DNA of 57,116 nt from NCBI GenBank assembly GCA_900088475.1, contig FLMG01000390.1, positions 1-57,116 on the forward strand. Reading direction: 5' to 3'. The notes under the pieces were generated by a model that searched no databases, was not told the DNA's origin, and saw nothing but the letters and a program-made list of their open reading frames with translations. This document shows, one piece after another, positions 38,943-52,396 of the stretch. This DNA is from Hyphochytrium catenoides (taxonomy: Eukaryota > Protista > Hyphochytriomycota). The position numbers were made by a program, and so were the translations under genes. Numbering within the stretch: position 1 is the first letter of the stretch; each line of letters opens with the position of its first letter.

Positions 38943-39150
38943 AGGGAGAGGGAGAAGAGAGAGAGGAGGAGGGAGAGAAGGGACACGAGAGCCACGGAGA
39001 GAGCTCATAGCTTCCTTCATACAAAGCTGACAGCGCAAGATATCCACAGTCCGGTCAGTCTTCATCTTTCTCTTCAGGAAGGACAAGTCAGCTTCGGAAC
39101 CGTCGTCGTGCAGGCATTTTTGGAGCTTCAGAGGCCTTATCAGCAGCAGG

Positions 39151-42100
39151 ATGTTGGCCCTCAGCAGCAGAGGGGGAAGAGAGAGCGCGAAGAGTCTTCT
39201 CGTGCGCCGTGCGGCAGCTTCTCTTCCCATTTCTTTCAATGGACTCGATCTTCTCTCCTCCTCCTCGACCCATCCGCGGCGCTCCTTCCATCTCTCTTCA
39301 CTCTCTTCCGCCGCTGAGAGACCCAATGGCTATCTCCATGAGAGCACTATTCCGACTCTGCACTTTCAGAAGTCCCTCCCGCGGCTCCCGATCCCTCCCT
39401 TGGAGAAGACTCTAGACAGGTGCATTGCTAGGCTTCGCTTGCTCTCTCTGTCTCGCGCCTGTTCTTCTCTTTACTCTCCCACCGCCCACCTCTCCGCATG
39501 TCGGTAACGTCGCGTCAGAGCCATGTTACGCCAGGGAACAGCTCTCCCTGCACTGACGTCCTGGCGATGGTTGCCTTGATCGCTTCCACTTCTGACCTCC
39601 TTTCCACCCCGGCTGCCCGCCGACCATTAGAGAAGTTTCCTTGGCCTGGCTTTCTGCTCAATATCTAGTGGGCTCACCCCCGTCTTTCCTTCTTTGCTTC
39701 GTATTGATGCAGGTATCTGGCGTCCGTGGAGGTCGTCACTTCCCCCGTGCAGTTCGCAGTGGTGAAGAAAGATGTGGAGGAGTTCAAGGTAGCTTGCTCT
39801 TGAGCAATCCTCCTATCTTTTCGTCCCTTTGCCGCACTATGAACCCGCGGCCGGGTCCTTTGTCTTACAGCTCTTTTGACTACCTCTCACCCACTTCTGT
39901 GCCGCTCATACAGAACGGTGTTGGTCCTTCACTGCATGAAGCGCTGATTCAGAAAGACAAGCTCAACAAGCACACCAGCTACATTAACAGTGAGAATCAT
40001 CCCCTGCCCACCGCATATCCTTCTCCGATGTTGGTCTGCGAAACCGAGGCCCATCAATAGCCGAAGAACGCACTTGTCCTCCGGACATCCTTTCCTTCTG
40101 TCTCGCCATAATCTGGCCTTATAACTTGGCTGCATCTACCATTGCCTTTATGGCTGCTTCTTGACCTACGACGCAGGAAACTGCAGGCTGTTCTCCACCT
40201 CCATTAGCGCACTCTAACTTAGTGCTGCCTTTCTCTGCGTGATGAAGCTCTTCTCCTCCTAAAACGTGAACTAAGTCTCTATTCTTTCCTGGAATTGCGC
40301 TGCAGAGTGGTGGTTTGAGAAGTATGTGCAGGACCGGGCTCCGCTGCCGATCAACTATAACCCAGCCATCATGTGGAAGGTGCGCGCCAATGTGCCTTCT
40401 TTTCCCTGTCATGCCTGCTTCATGTTGGCTGATCTCCCAAGCAAAAGTGGCCAACTCCAAGCTTCTTGCACTAAACTTAATCATCCATTCGTGGTTTCTT
40501 TTATAAAGATATCCCGAACTTTCCCACGCCTGACCCTCTTCTACTCAGCGCGATCCCAATGAGGCGAAAAATGATCAAGCACAGCGTGCCGCGTCCCTGA
40601 TCGCATCTTCTGTCAGGTTCTTCCGCACCTTCAGAGACCGAAAGCTAATCCCAGATATCTATCATGTCAAGCCTCAAAAGAGCAAGACTAAGCTTTATGA
40701 GTACGAGGGGGCGCCCGGTCCTGTCGTCTTCTAATTCTTTAGGGATCCATCAAAGCCTGTCATAGTCTTCTTCCCAACTACTGAACTTCCCTCGTCCGCG
40801 TGTGTTCATCATGTTCGCTGCCTTCTTCTCAAATCTCTGGGCTGATGACCGGTCGCCCTTGTACAAGTCGTACTCCTCAATCTTTATGTTTTCTCTCTCT
40901 GTCTTTTCTTACATCACATCTTCGTTCTCGTCTTTGCAGCAACATTTGCCGTCTCCTTCCGGAGAGCATCTCATTCTATGGATCCTACATGTTTGATGCC
41001 TACCCGCTGGACATGAGTCAGTACAAGGTTTGGATAAGGAAACCTCTACTCTCTCGTTATCCTTCTACTCCTCCCCTTGTGTCCGTATCTCACTTTTGTT
41101 TTGTTCTTTGCTGGGGCTTGCCACTTCAAGCTTCTTGTACTATATGGGCTACTGTGCATATATATGTCTCTCAGTTACGGCTTCAATTGATTTGCGTTGG
41201 GCCGCTTGACTCACTACCACCAATTTTTTAGAACCTTTTCGCCTCGACGCGCATTCCAAAGATTGGCAGAGACGAGCTCCAGGTTTATCCCAATGCCAGG
41301 TCCGTTGTGCCGGTTCTAGTTGTACCGACGGTGGCAGGCCAGCTCTAGGTTGTTCCTCCTTTAGAGCAAGGGTCGTTTCAATCGTTGGTTCCACCTTTGT
41401 GGACCCAGATAGTGCTCTTCCCTCTGACGTAACTCAAGCTCTATTGGGCAGACTGTGGTGCCTCTTACTTGTTTCTCTCCCATCCTCTCACGGTATCTGA
41501 TGTTCACCACTAGACTCGCTCACAACTGCGCCTCTTCATAAGCTTATCTGCTCTCCTACCTCGTACCCTCTCCGTCTGTCAGGCATGTTGTTGTCCAGCG
41601 TGGCGCGGATTTCTACACTTTCAATGTACTCCACGAGGTTCGTAATACTGAGTATATTTTGTGTATCCAGTGGCCCCTCAGCTGGCTTTTCTCAAGCGCA
41701 TTGTCGTTTTCTCAACGGCATTGGCCTTAAGACTCTTGTCTCTTTCCTTCGACTTGAAAAATTCAACACCCGCTCTCCTTTACCTCCTTGATGATTGTAG
41801 GATGGAACGGCAGTTCCTGACGAGGAAATCTTCGATAATATTCAAGCCATTCTCAAGCAGCCTTATACAGGTGTGCAGAGTCCCTGATACCTCTGGCTTC
41901 TTGTCATGAGAGCGGCTTCCGACGCACCCTCTTTCTTCTAGACTCTTGCCTTACAACCTGCCGTTTGGGTCGCTGATGTCTGACATTTTTTTTGTCTGCT
42001 GCGTTTGTATCTTTCTGTGTCTTTAGATGCTTCTAAAGGAAGTCCCGTGGGCTTGTTCACTTCGCTTAACCGCGACGAATGGGCAAAGATCCGAGACTCG

Positions 42101-44990
42101 CTCATTTCGGAGAGTAACGTCAACAGAGCCGCTTTTCAGGTCAGTACCATGGATAATCTTCTGTAGCACTTCAACCCCTCCCACTTCTTGGCCTGGCTCT
42201 GCAGTCTGATCTTACCCTATCGGCTCATAGCTCTCCTCTGCCACGATTTCGCGTGCTTTTTGTAACTTGGTGCCTGCGGCCACGTAGGCTTATAACGGCA
42301 TCCAGGGGTTGATCTAGTCGCATTCATGCCTCTATTGCTTTCACTCTGTGTTCGGAAGTACGACCTTCTATAGTGACACCTTTGTTGTCCTCGGTACAGC
42401 TTGTTGACAGCGCCTTGATGTCAGTCGTGCTGGACGAGGCTTCGCCAACGACCAACCTCGAGCTCTTTAATACGGTAGGGAAGAGATACTAACATGCTAG
42501 GACGAAAACCAAGAAACGATCGGCTCAGACATCAGAGGGTCTCCTGAGCTTGATCTCTCTAACCTTGTCGGTTGCTTGATTCCTCCTAATTTTGCTTGCG
42601 GAATCTAGTTCTTTGCACTAGCGAGGATGGATGCCTGTAGTATCTCACCTATCTTCACTCCGCGTTCTTGCATCGCGCTCTTAGCTTTCTTCGTCCGTCA
42701 ATTTGTAAGCTCAAGCTTTGGCTGATCTGTCGCCCCCTGAATGTTCTCCTCTCTTAGTTTTTGACAGGCGACGGCACTAATCGCTGGTATGACAAGAGTT
42801 TCCAGGCGATTATTTGCAAGAACGGAGAGGCCGGAGTCAACTTCGAGCATTCTTGGGGCGACGGTGAGAGTGAAAATAAGCATCTACAGACGGAGGACAT
42901 GGGGCAATATCGGCAAACCGCCTTGCTCTATCTACTGCGCTTGCTCCCATCCCCCTACTCGCAGCTCCATCACAGTCATCTTTTCCATCCGTCATTCACC
43001 TTCCCTATGGTTCTTTCACTGTGCGCAATTCAGTTGTTGCTATCTTCCAAGCAGTGGGACAAGCTTTTCTGTTTGTCTCTTCATCCCCAGTCCTACTTAA
43101 CATATGTCGTCCGTCCAAGGTGTCGCTGTCCTGCGCTACATGAACGAAACCTTCGATGATAGTGTCAACAGCGCTCCGCTCCTCTCAGCTGCCCCAGTCC
43201 AGCCACGCAAAATTGAATGGGAGCTCTCAGCCCAGCAGCAATCTGAGCTTAAGAGGGCTCATCAGAAGCTAAAGGACTTTATCGGGACCATGAAGGTGCG
43301 CAGGTGTTGCTCGTCTTTCAAGGCATCTTGTTCGCTCTTCTCAGCGGGTCCGCTTGTAAAAAGCTGCTCTTGGTGTTGAGAGGGAAAGATATTTATCTCC
43401 AACCCGACGTGTATGTCTGCTGCTTTGTTTATCCTCCTTGCTATTGCATTGGTTAAGCGCACTTCCTCTTCACTGGATGAGTCATCAGTCATTATGCGCG
43501 TGACTTCTGATGCTCCATCCTCATGTGTGAGAACTTGTAACACAATGTCTCCGCCTTTAATTTAGGTCAACATCGTGGATGAGCGGAAGGTGGACCGCTC
43601 TATCGCCAAGAGGTATGGCGTCGGTACCGACGGGTTTATGCAGATGGCCATCCAACTGGGCCACTGGAAGATGCATGGACGGATTGTCTCTACTTATGAG
43701 AGTGCTTCCACTGCTGCCTTTAAGCACGGGAGGACGGAGGTCATCAGAAGCGCCACCATGAAGGTCAGAGAGGCAGAGCCATAAGGATCTGTGAATGTCT
43801 AAAAGGACATGGTGATAGTCCAAAACCAAAGGCGATTCTTTAGTTCAGGAGTAACGTTTGATAGGACTGAACAAATGTTTGGAGTGACTCAAAGTCTATT
43901 TGCGGTGATTCTTTCTATTGTGACTGATAGCTTCTCTCCTCCTTCATTCTTCGGTCTCTCCCCATTGGTACCTGACGCCGGTCCACCCAGGCAAAGCAGT
44001 TCGTAGAGACGATGTCCAATCCCGCTGCTTCTTCAGAGGAGAAAGCAGGAGCGTTGCGCGCAGCAATTGATCTTCATCAGAAGTTGGTGCGGGAGGCTGT
44101 AATGGTGAGACTCACAAGTTCTCTTCCTATCAGCTTCTTCATCTGGGTTCATCATACTCTCATTATTTGTTGGCATGCTAAGCGCTGGCTGTGTCCATTA
44201 GCTTCTCAATCTCACGTCTTCCATGCTCCTAGTAGCTGCTCTGATCTAGATCCACTATTCTTTAGCAAAGGCTAGTTTGCTTCCAATTCATAGGTTACCT
44301 GAGGGGCATCCCAGTCCCATAAATACGTCTACTCGCCGTCGATTGTCCGACAACATGTCCCCTTCAGATTCGCTTAGTCGCTCTTGTCGCTTCACAGGGA
44401 CACGGGTTTGACAGACACTTGCTGGGACTCCAAGAGCTGGCCAAGGAGAGGTAGCGAATTTTACCGAACTTTCCTTATTTCATCAACCTACTATATATTT
44501 GGGGACTCATTGCATCGATCTATAATGGCGCTCCCCCGCTGAATCAGCTTTCATGCTGCCATCCATCAAGTTTCTTGAGAAACTGTTGTCTCTCACTGGC
44601 ATGTTGTCACTGTCTACACGGTCTCTGCAGGGACATTATGCCCTCACTCTTCACCAATGAGGGGAAACAGATTATGGACAAGATTATCCTCTCCACCAGC
44701 ACTCTCTCCTCACATGCCTTGCAAGGTGGAGGATTCGGTCCTGTCAATGATTTGTGCTATGGCATCGGATACGGGATAGAAGACGCGGTGAGCCTATACT
44801 CGGATTCTATTTCGTCTTCTCTTATGTCTCTCGTCCTTACAAGTATCGTTGGACTCCTTCCACACAGGTCCGATTTGCCGTGACAACTTTCAGGCCTGAT
44901 GGTGAAGAGTTTGCAGATAAGCTTCGAGAAGCAGTACGCGAGATGGCCGACGTGCTGGAGGCGTCACAAAAGACAAAGCAAATGCCCTAA
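39151..44990 (+). CDS. CPT2: Carnitine O-palmitoyltransferase 2, mitochondrial, about 18 exons
   Basis: Presequence-like N-terminus, then [58 protein letters not shown]...[14 protein letters not shown] (catalytic His), [37 protein letters not shown]...GIGY. All introns checked are GT-AG; stop at 44990. Confidence 0.95.
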
Positions 44991-45274
44991 AGTGAGATGA
45001 TGGCGAGGTTAGCGTGCCTCGCGGTCCCAGATCATTCTAATCTCGGGGTAGGAAGATAGCACTGTTAACTTCTGCTTACTTGATCAAGCTAAAAAAAATA
45101 TTCTGCACTCTCGCTGAGAATCAAGGAAGATGGAAGGATATCAGTGCTGCTTATGGCCTAAATATGCTCTGCAGCTTCCTCGCTCTCTGAGCTAAACACT
45201 AGCCATGCCCACCCTACCAGTCTCATCAGAGTAGAGACACAAAGAGGCAACGACTCACAAAATGACAATCATCT

Positions 45275-47473
45275 CTACTCTGCGGCCTTGACGTGCGTTG
45301 TGCTTGATCCCTTGGGAGTGCTAGGATGGAGGTTTCGCTTGATGACCTCCCACTCCACCCGCAGTAAGTTCCACATTCCGCGCCGCATAATTTCCAGAAC
45401 CGCCAACAAAAATTTTCTCTTGCCATCGCCCATAAAGAACCACCAACTTGACCATTGTGCCGTCCAGACCATCCTACAACAGAAAAAAATAAAGATAAGC
45501 TCGACATGGTGGTGAGCCGACTCGAAGAATGTCGGATTCTGCAATGCTCAACGAGAGAACGTCGTGTCCCCCTGACCTGAGTATGAGATCAACAGCTATG
45601 GCAGCATAGTAGAGGCTCCGACGGGAGTACAAAAGCTTATTCCTGAGTAATGCGTGGTGCGAGTCCGGTTGCAATAGCCCCCAGTCCATGACGAGGTCCC
45701 AAAAGAAAGAGTAGACGGAGTTGAAAAAGGCGGAAAGAAGAAACAGAACGCTCCACTGGCGCTCGAGCCATTGCGGCATGAAGCTTGCGGGTATGGAGTG
45801 CGTCAGGATGACTGGGAAGGCCGAAAGATACTTCAGTGTGTTCAGCACATGCAGAAACCTCTCGTTCGAGTCCAAGGATTGAGAATAGGCCACCCTGCAC
45901 TGCACTGCGCGGACTCTGCGCACACAAACAGAAGAAAAAGAGGAAAGAATGCGACTAGTAAGACAGGGCACCTTGAGGATGGAAGCACGAAAGGGCCGTA
46001 ACCCCACCCAACAAGTAGTGTTAGCAAACGGCTACCGATGAGTCAGCGACGGACTGTAAGGGCGCACAACAACAGGTTAAGCAGGGTCAGGGAAGACTAA
46101 GCAAGCTACAAGTGAGACCAGAAGGCCCAAAGAACCCGAGTGAAGCGGTAATCCTGACATGTATGGCACACTGGCGATAATATGCGGGACGAAATGGTGA
46201 TGATAAGCAGTGCGGGAGAAGACTTTCTCCGGTCCGAGCATGTGATTGTATAGAATGAAGGCCGTCCGTGTCAAGTCGGCCAGAACCTTGGATGTGCTAG
46301 TCAGCGCGTCAGCAATCAGAACTTCAGAGAAGGTGATGGAAGGGCGGTTGTACGCCGTCAAACAGCGCTCTGTATGCCAAAGTAAATTTAGTTGAAGAAG
46401 AGAGAGTATAGTAAGAACGCTATAACCATAAGATTAGCGCGGGTGTAAAGCAACGCAAGGAAAAATAAGGGGTTAGGTTGAGCTAACGGCAAAAACGTTT
46501 GGGCGACACGGTACCCCTCTGTCAATAGAGCAAGATAGAAGGCTATCGGAGCTATTCCAACACTAGAAGGCTTGCTGAAGAAGAATCTCAAACATCATAT
46601 TCACCACTGCAGGATAGAGGAACGTGGCGGGACTCGAGCAAAGAGAGAAAGAAGGCGCACCGGCAGCGATGCTGGTGTAGAGCATGGAAGTGAAGCTTGG
46701 TGAAGATTGTGCACGGTGCAAAGAAGCAACACGTACTTAATCGCTCGAGCACCCACATCCTAAACGGTCGGAGAGCCACGTCGTATGGGCAAAAGAGAAG
46801 GGCAAGAGAGGAGGAATAGAAGATGATAACAGGGATCTCAGGATGCGCGTCAGGAGCCTCCAGTGCTATAATATACATAGCGAAACAGGCAAGGCACCAG
46901 CCCAGCCACACACTTGCGAGAAGATATATCGCGCGCGAGGAAGGCGCTGCCTCTGGGGAAGTGAACACAAAACAACGTTGGTTGATCAATGCAAGGTCCC
47001 GAATGTCAGGGCTAGATAATTGGTCAGATTCTAGGCTCGAAGTTCAGAGGAAGATAAAGTCACTCCGAGGGAGAAACATGGACAGTGAGAGGAACATAAA
47101 GCGTGGGGTACCGCTGGGAAGCCTTCCTACCTGGCCGCATATCCAGCGCTATCGTGAAGTTGATCCTGCACTGAGTGAAGGTTGCCACATTGAAGCCCCA
47201 AAGATAAAGGAAGAGAATTAGGGCAAAGGCGCCTCGGAACATGATCAGCCCAAAGGCCATTCCGCGGTAAAGATCGTCCGAGAACTGCCCAGGGAGAAAA
47301 TCCTCCTCACTTTTGCCTTTCCCGTCACCGTCGCCCTTACCATCATATTCCTTGTCCCCCGCTGAGACAAGGCAGGGTATACACCCGAGTAGCAGACAAG
47401 CTCCCAGTTCAAGTGCACTTCCCCCATTCATCCTTGGGAGGAAAGGAGCCATTAAACCTCTGCACGCTGCCAT
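45275..47473 (-). CDS. EXS-family membrane protein (ERD1/XPR1/SYG1-like, no SPX domain seen), spliced
   Basis: Exons give LWGFNVATFTQCRINF, ITFSEVLIADALTSTSKVLAD, RAVQC...HVLNTLKYLSAFPVI, NSVYSFFWDLVMDWGL, YYAAIAVDLILR and LEIMRRGMWNLLRVEWE: EXS domain motifs. Confidence 0.9.
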
Positions 47474-50400
47474 CGATATCCTTCAAGGGCTACGCTTGCC
47501 AGCCAGCAGGACGACGACCATCAGGCTAGAGTCCGTCGCCTGTCCTTCTTCTTATCTCAGCAGCAATGAACACCTGCAGCCTTATCTCTAATGGAGAGGC
47601 GCCTTTTACATTTCACACGCTGTGCCGGAGATAAAGAGGCGACTGGAAAAGAATCAACAAGAGAAAGGGTCCAGCGAGGTGGAGAGGTCAATCAGGAACC
47701 ATAAGGGGCAGAGGAGAGAAGCCACGAAGGGAGGAGAGAGACCGTTTCACAGAGACCGTTTCACCTCGAGTGCTACGCGTTCTACTCTTTTGGCTATCAG
47801 ACACTGAGAGGCAGTAGAGGGAATGCGAAGGACGCCTTCAACAAGCCCCGAATGGGTCGTGGCGGAGCATCATGGACATCCCCGTCTCGAGCACCGGCAG
47901 GAGTAAGGTCACGACAGAGAAGAGACTGAAAGCACTACGGTAACCTTGCACTAATACTAACGGCAGCAGTGAGGGGAAGATATCCCACAGAGTCCGGTAA
48001 CCGCTATCCTGTCTTACACTTACAGTACCGCTCTTGTGTATATGTACTACTGTACTACTACATCAGCTTTGTGTGTGTTACAGTTCTGCGAAACCCTGAC
48101 TACCCAGCTCTCTGGACAGGGGAAGACTTTGTACTACGCTGCGAAAATTAGAAGAAAGGACTACAACCTGGACAAACTTCTTGATGGTGCTTGTGAAGGG
48201 CTGCTACTGGTAGTAGTGATGAAGTTCCACCTGATAATAGTAGTTATTCGTCCTCCTTGTCCTCTTCGTACAGTGGATAATCTTACCACTAGTGCTGACT
48301 TCCTTCTTAGAACCTCCTCCTGGCCATCTGATTCCCAACGGAGGAGGATTGACTCTGGTGATGACTTCTTCATCACCGTCACAACAGGAGCTTTCCTCGA
48401 GCCCGAGAAGATCACAAATGCTTCCGATATAAATAAGGCCTTGACAACGGTGGGACGTAATACTTTTATTCCTCATAATACAATAACGGCCCTTCAAGTA
48501 TCATGCGTAGAACCTCCATCAGTCGGGCTGAGTACAGGACCCCCCCCCCCCCCTTTTGCCACATTGCTGAGGCACGAATAAAGTGGGAGTTCGGGCGGCA
48601 GGGTGCCATACAGTTGCAAATACCCCACTTGTGGGACTTCTTTGCTGCAGCAAAGGAAAAGATTGGGATCGGGGGAGGGGTTACTTCTAATATATACCCT
48701 AATTTAATGCATGGGTTAAAATCCTGGCTTAATCTATAGGCTGCAAGCTACATCATCATCATGATTGCATGGAAGCTGCTCTTGATGGAGTGTACGAATT
48801 ATGATGAGTTATCAACTTTTTTTATGAACAATAAAGATAATGGTGCTACTCTTCCTCGTGTTTATCACCTTGCTCATCGTCTCAAGTTGTCGACGATCAT
48901 AAGTATTGATAACAAAAAGACTATAATCTGCTATGTCTTGTCCTGACTCCTACTTCGATATTCACGAGTGTATGATGCTAGCTGTTCTTTATGTATGTAT
49001 GACTGATACGGTTATTTATGACAATGAAGATGATGGCGCTACTCCCTCTCGCGATATCACCTTGCTCATTTGTCTCTGCTGTAAATGACAATAAGTAAAA
49101 ATGTCGAATTTCTAATCTGCTGTTTATTACCTTTACTACCACTTCGAGCGAAGATCAGACTAAGGAGTGCATTAATGATAGTGGGTGGAACCGACAACAA
49201 ATAAAAGTATAGAAGGAGGGTGTGGACCGACATTTATGCCAGCAAGAAGTGGCCCGCCATCACCACCAGCAGCAGAAGAGAAGGAAGAGGCCATAATAAT
49301 AGGAGGCCTACCTGCAGACGGCGATGATGATGGGGAGAAGAAGATGGGCGTTGGATGGTTCTGCTGAGGTTTCCTATCCAGTCATCACTTTCCTCTTCTT
49401 GGGCTGCTGCTGCTGCTGAGGTGGTTGTGGTGGTGGAGGCCCATCCTCCTCCATTTTCTCCAGATTTTCTTTTGGCGTTGTTAGTGCTAAGTGGCCCACC
49501 ACTCTTGCTTTGGGGCGCTTTACTATTGCCTTCTCCAAGTGCCGCAGGAAGCGCTTCCATTGCCACAGGAAGGAGATGTTTGGTCGTTCTCTTATGGCGT
49601 GTGAGAGTGAAAAGTAGGATCTTCGTAATTGATCGATGCTATGGAGTGGTATAGCAAACGTCTTTATTATGGATGAAGCGCCGCAGAAGAGAAGGAAATG
49701 GTAGCAAGTGGGAGTCATCTCCCGAGGTGGTTGGGTTCAATAAAACCAAACTACTGAAGAGCCGCTAGCGCACCCACAGGACAGCTAATATAGGTCCTTG
49801 CCAGTAGTTCTAATAGGTTCACTGCTACCACCCTGCGCTACTATTACCCACCACTACCAAACCTCCAACTACTGTTGCTGCTAGGACTACCAAGAAAGTA
49901 CTGTTTCCAGACAAAGTGGTGAGGAAATGGAGCGACTCTTTCCCGAAACCTATTCTCTACTTACAGCTTATGTTTAGGAGTATTACAGCAGCTCGTTTTG
50001 CTTAGATTGCTCTAGAGCGGTTCCTTAGCGGCATAATCTCAGGCAATGACCCAGAGCCCACCCTGCTCCTTGCTTGCTCCGGCAATAATGGGGCATAGGA
50101 CGTATGAAGACGGTCCTTGATTGCGTGGTTCGCTGACTGAGGGCTCTGTTCTCTGTATAATAGTAATTTTTACTGGTAACCGACCACGACTGTTGTTCTA
50201 CTATCTAATCCACAATTTCATGATGAAGCGCCAGATAACGGACCCACGGTCGTCCGTTACGTGTTGGATGGAATAATGCCCATGCCAAGAGCTATTATAT
50301 GGAGGAACCAGCCGGGCACAGCTGCTCCAGAAGCACTGCTTGGTGGCTTAAGTACTGTAGCAGTGATGGTGGTTAATAGAAGAGGTTCGATGGATGCTGG

Positions 50401-51380
50401 CTTTTTATAATTGTTACCCCTAGAATATAGCACAGTCTAGTACTCATGGCATATAAATTTCCCTAGTCAATAGTGGTTGCTTATAATGGACTCTAGATAG
50501 AGAGGATGGGACCGAAGTAGCAGCAGCTTTTCTTATTTTTTGAATGGCTGTGGTGGTAGTAAAGGAGTCATTATCTAAGCAACAAGCAATAAAACACCTA
50601 TAATCCTGTCCATCAATTCACCCGAAAAGCATTCCAACTTTTGCTTCGGGTGAGCCTCTATTATTTGCCTTGTTTATGCGCCTTTTACCAACAATAATGG
50701 TGGTTGAGGTCGCGTCCCCCTTCTTCTGTAGCTCTATTGAACTCAGTAGCGAAAGGGCGTTATTGACGGCCTCGCTCGGCCCTGCAAAGCGCTGTCGGCT
50801 TCTCGTACTACTATGAAAAGCTAAGAGGAGGCTTTTCTTCAATATACTTTGGAGGCATTATCCCTGGGGAAAAAACGGGAAAGAAAAAGAAGAAGAACAA
50901 GGACCCAGTCCTTCTTATCTGAGTTATGAGCACAGAGATGAAAGGGCCATGGCAGGGCAGAGAACACTATCCTTTGTGGAGTGAGAAGATGACAGGCTGC
51001 TTAAAAGTCGATGGCTTAGAACTCATATTCATCCCAAGGCCGAGGAATTGCCGGAAAGGCTGAAGAAGATCCACTGCAGTGGGAGCTGAAAGATGATCAG
51101 GCCCATAGCAGAACTCTACTGTTCGTGGAGGACAAACTTATCGCAGTCATCAGAAAATGTCCGCCAGACAAGCATGCATCATGCTTCAGCAAATGTTTGA
51201 AGGTCGCAATGTTGGCAACATAGTTACCGCCATAGTGGGTTATCTTACCAACAAGCAACAAGATGTCGACACCCTTCCAGCTTCTTTGCAAAATAGCGAC
51301 GCTTTTATAATGTACGGAATTTTGAAGACATTCTTATTTAGGTTATGTGGTCTACTAATATAGACAGAATGCGTATGAAG

Positions 51381-51450
51381 TGTTGAATGTTCAGCTTCGA
51401 CCCTTCACAAGAGGGAGTTCGAGCTGCGGGGAGGTGTTGGAGTCTGACGG
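51381..51450 (+). mobile_element. LTR family B, long-form 5' end, runs into an assembly gap
   Basis: TGTTGAATGTTCAGCTTCGAC...GCTGCGGGGAGG-TGTTGGAGTCTGA, near-identical to 56351-56418 and to the inverted copy at 52330-52396. Confidence 0.75.
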
Positions 51451-52118
51451 NNNNNNNNNNNNNNNNNNNNNNNNNNNNNNNNNNNNNNNNNNNNNNNNNN
51501 NNNNNNNNNNNNNNNNNNNNNNNNNNNNNNNNNNNNNNNNNNNNNNNNNNNNNNNNNNNNNNNNNNNNNNNNNNNNNNNNNNNNNNNNNNNNNNNNNNNN
51601 NNNNNNNNNNNNNNNNNNNNNNNNNNNNNNNNNNNNNNNNNNNNNNNNNNNNNNNNNNNNNNNNNNNNNNNNNNNNNNNNNNNNNNGTGAGAGCTTTTTC
51701 AGAGCTTTGTCAGCTTCGGCTCTCAACTCCTCGTCGCAGGTCCATACTCCTCGAGTGTCCTCTCCCGAATGTAGACTTTGTCTTACGCAAGTGGAGGGGA
51801 CAATCCCGAGGTATGGAAGAAGTTCTCAGAGCTGAGCTGCAGGTAACGCCTTCGTAATAAGAAAGTCGGCTATTGTGCTCTTGTGTGATGAACTTTACAG
51901 AGCTGGGTGGCAATGCCTGAAGCTTCTGTGTGAGCACAATCTAGATGAAACGATAACAAAGGGACTGGGTATTGCTTTATGATTGAGATTTCTCTGAATG
52001 ATTGCTGAGTCCTGAGAGTCTGGTCTCGAGATCTTTGCTCGGCCCAGCTTCCCTCATCATCTCTCTCTCTTCTGCTGTTCCTGTGTTCTTCTGGAAATTC
52101 TTCTCACATCCCTCTTTC

Positions 52119-52396
52119 TGTTGGAGTCTGAGGTCACAGCTATGTGGACTACAAGCTGGCAAGCTTAACTACCCAAGTTTCAGCTCTAAACTCCCAGTAG
52201 AAGCAGAGATATGAAGCAAACGAAATGTCCCTGTTTATATCTATGGCTTATGGTCAGTACCCCGGAATACATTCAGGACTGACTGTTCTAGACAGGGATT
52301 TCTCTATGACTGGACTACAAGCTGTGACCTCAGACTCCAACACCTCCCCGCAGCTCGAACTCCCTCTTGTGAAGGGTCGAAGCTGAACATTCGACA
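52119..52396. mobile_element. Fold-back composite of two LTR-B left ends, flanked by 5-bp TSD CTTTC
   Basis: 52119-~52310 is the LTR-B 5' part on plus; 52320-52396 is the inverted LTR-B start. CTTTC at 52114-52118 and 52397-52401. Confidence 0.8.

Noticed and set aside
38-39326. Many ORF-track entries rich in ER/RE or SL/LS repeats
   Set aside because: They are translations of intronic (AG)n/(CT)n microsatellites, not real proteins.
49700-49745. GGGTTCAAT box-B-like motif suggesting another tRNA or SINE
   Set aside because: No T-stem or acceptor-stem pairing and no convincing box A.
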